NCBI GenBank assembly: GCA_963514005.1
Contig: OY740785.1
Coordinates: 79,608,001-79,672,000, forward strand
Direction: 5' to 3'
Length of the DNA stretch: 64,000 nt
Origin: Raja brachyura
Lineage: Eukaryota
The notes beneath the pieces are model-generated. The model did not search any database. It had not been told where the DNA came from and saw only the letters and a program-made list of their open reading frames with translations. Both the position numbers and the translations under genes were made by a program. Within the stretch, counting starts at the first letter, position 1; each line of letters begins with the position of its first letter. This document shows positions 62,991 through 64,000 of the stretch, piece by piece.

Positions 62991-63455
62991 ACTTCATGGC
63001 ATAGAGAGGGTCCGCCGGCTGTTTTGCCGTCCTCTGCGACTGTTATTCCCGGTTTTGTTTCACCGGTCTCCGGTGTTACGCCCATCCCTCATTCGCGGTT
63101 TTCACGTCCCTCCGGTTCTGTTTTGCCGGTCCCTTATGTTACACTCCTTCCGCGTTCACGGATTACGCGTTCCGATCGTACGGTTCAGTTACCTGTGCGT
63201 TTCCGTACCTCGGTTTCTGGGAGGGGGAGGGCTGTAACGGCACCTGCTGTCGTGCGCCAGTATCGAACCCGGCAGTTGGAAGCCACGGGCACGTGACATG
63301 GGAGGGGTCGGGGTTTTCGCGCGGTTTCGCTTTTGCCCGGCAGTTGTTCGACTGACCACCGTTGCGGCCAGTTACGTGTGTATAGACCTGTAGATCAAGG
63401 AACGAGTTCACAATAAAAACTGTTCAAAGAAACTGGTCGTGTCTTTGCACCACCA

Positions 63456-63680
63456 AATTATCATCGTTACTTTTTTGCATATCTTTCATTCGTTGTTCTT
63501 TATCCCTCTACATCATAATCTATATCTCTCGTTTCCCTTATCCTTGACCAGTCCGAAGAAGGGTCTCGACCCGAAATGCCACCTATTCCTTCTCTCCAGA
63601 GATGCTGCCTGCCCCGCTCCAGCGCCGCTTTGTGTGTCTGGCTTCGGTTTAAACCAGCATCGGCAGTTCCCTTCCTCCTC
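63456..63680 (+). mobile_element. Right half of the Penelope-type tail split by the Gypsy (left half ~59020-59123)
   Basis: cagctaacaatggcctgttt continues as atcatcgttacttttttgcatatc...gaagaagggtctcgacccgaaa..ccagagatgctgcc. Confidence 0.75.
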
Positions 63681-63719
63681 CATACATTCAGCAGTGTTTT
63701 TTTTTAACTCAGTAGTGTA

Positions 63720-64000
63720 CGCACCTAACGTTAAACTTCTTGCAGCAAAAGCCCGCCCGCACTGCAGACTCTCGTCGCCGTCGCCATGGCCAGGGAGCGC
63801 GCGGGGCCGAGTGGCAGTTGGAGAGCGCGTGCGGCGGGCGGGCGGGCGCGAGCGAGCAGCGCTGTCCCGCTCCCGGGAGAGGGAGGGAGCGAGCGGCCGG
63901 GCAGCGGCGGTGGAGGAGGTAAGTCTTCTTTCCTGGCATGGGTGGCGGCCAAGGAAAGAGAGAGAGCGCAGCGTCTGCAGAGCACCGCACCCGGGCCTTT
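63720..64000 (+). promoter_or_regulatory. CpG island with a probable first exon (donor at 63918/63919) of an unidentified host gene
   Basis: Very high GC and CpG content, gggcggg boxes, gtcgccATGG at 63786, consensus donor GAG|GTAAGT. Confidence 0.6.

Larger units (their letters stand above)
59130..63455 (+). mobile_element. Full-length Ty3/Gypsy LTR retrotransposon (degenerate)
   Basis: LTRs at 59130-59353 and 63233-63455 (TG...CA). PBS TGGTGACCCC at 59357 (complementary to tRNA-Trp 3' end). PPT gggagggggaggg before the 3' LTR. AATTAT on both flanks. Confidence 0.95.

Noticed and set aside
1-64000. Prokaryotic-type defence, retron or DGR system around the RT genes
   Set aside because: All RTs belong to eukaryotic retrotransposon classes (Tx1, CR1, Rex1, Penelope, Gypsy); no operon structure.

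Overview
Repeat-dense vertebrate genomic DNA. The mix of repeats (CR1 LINEs with (TTTCTATG)n tails, V-SINEs, Penelope-like elements, Rex1/Babar, Harbinger MITEs) suggests a cartilaginous fish, probably a skate or ray; this is an inference from family recognition. I recognise no host protein-coding gene. Candidate host features are a CpG-island first exon at the right edge (63786-63918), a possible exon at 17436-17526 and a repeat-free, CpG-retaining block at about 18.2-21.3 kb. Large mobile elements: an uninterrupted Tx1-type L1 ORF2 (1-2793) beside a (GA)n tract, a decayed Penelope RT/GIY-YIG element, a full-length frameshifted Gypsy provirus (59130-63455; tRNA-Trp PBS, AATTAT TSD), many CR1 and Rex1 fragments, and several TIR elements with TSDs. 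The most interesting non-coding structures are: (1) non-autonomous Helitron-like elements (hairpin + CTAG ends) built from shuffled modules and long G/A tracts, with head-to-tail junctions and a ~7 kb concatemer at 50.8-57.9 kb; (2) a ~1 kb foldback palindrome with a tRNA-SINE head in each arm; (3) minimal hammerhead-ribozyme motifs in Penelope-derived tails; (4) an HDV-like fold candidate in a short (ATG)n-tailed retroposon; (5) a hairpin extension shared beyond the tail of two CR1 copies. All calls were made by eye without database searches, and many boundaries are approximate.
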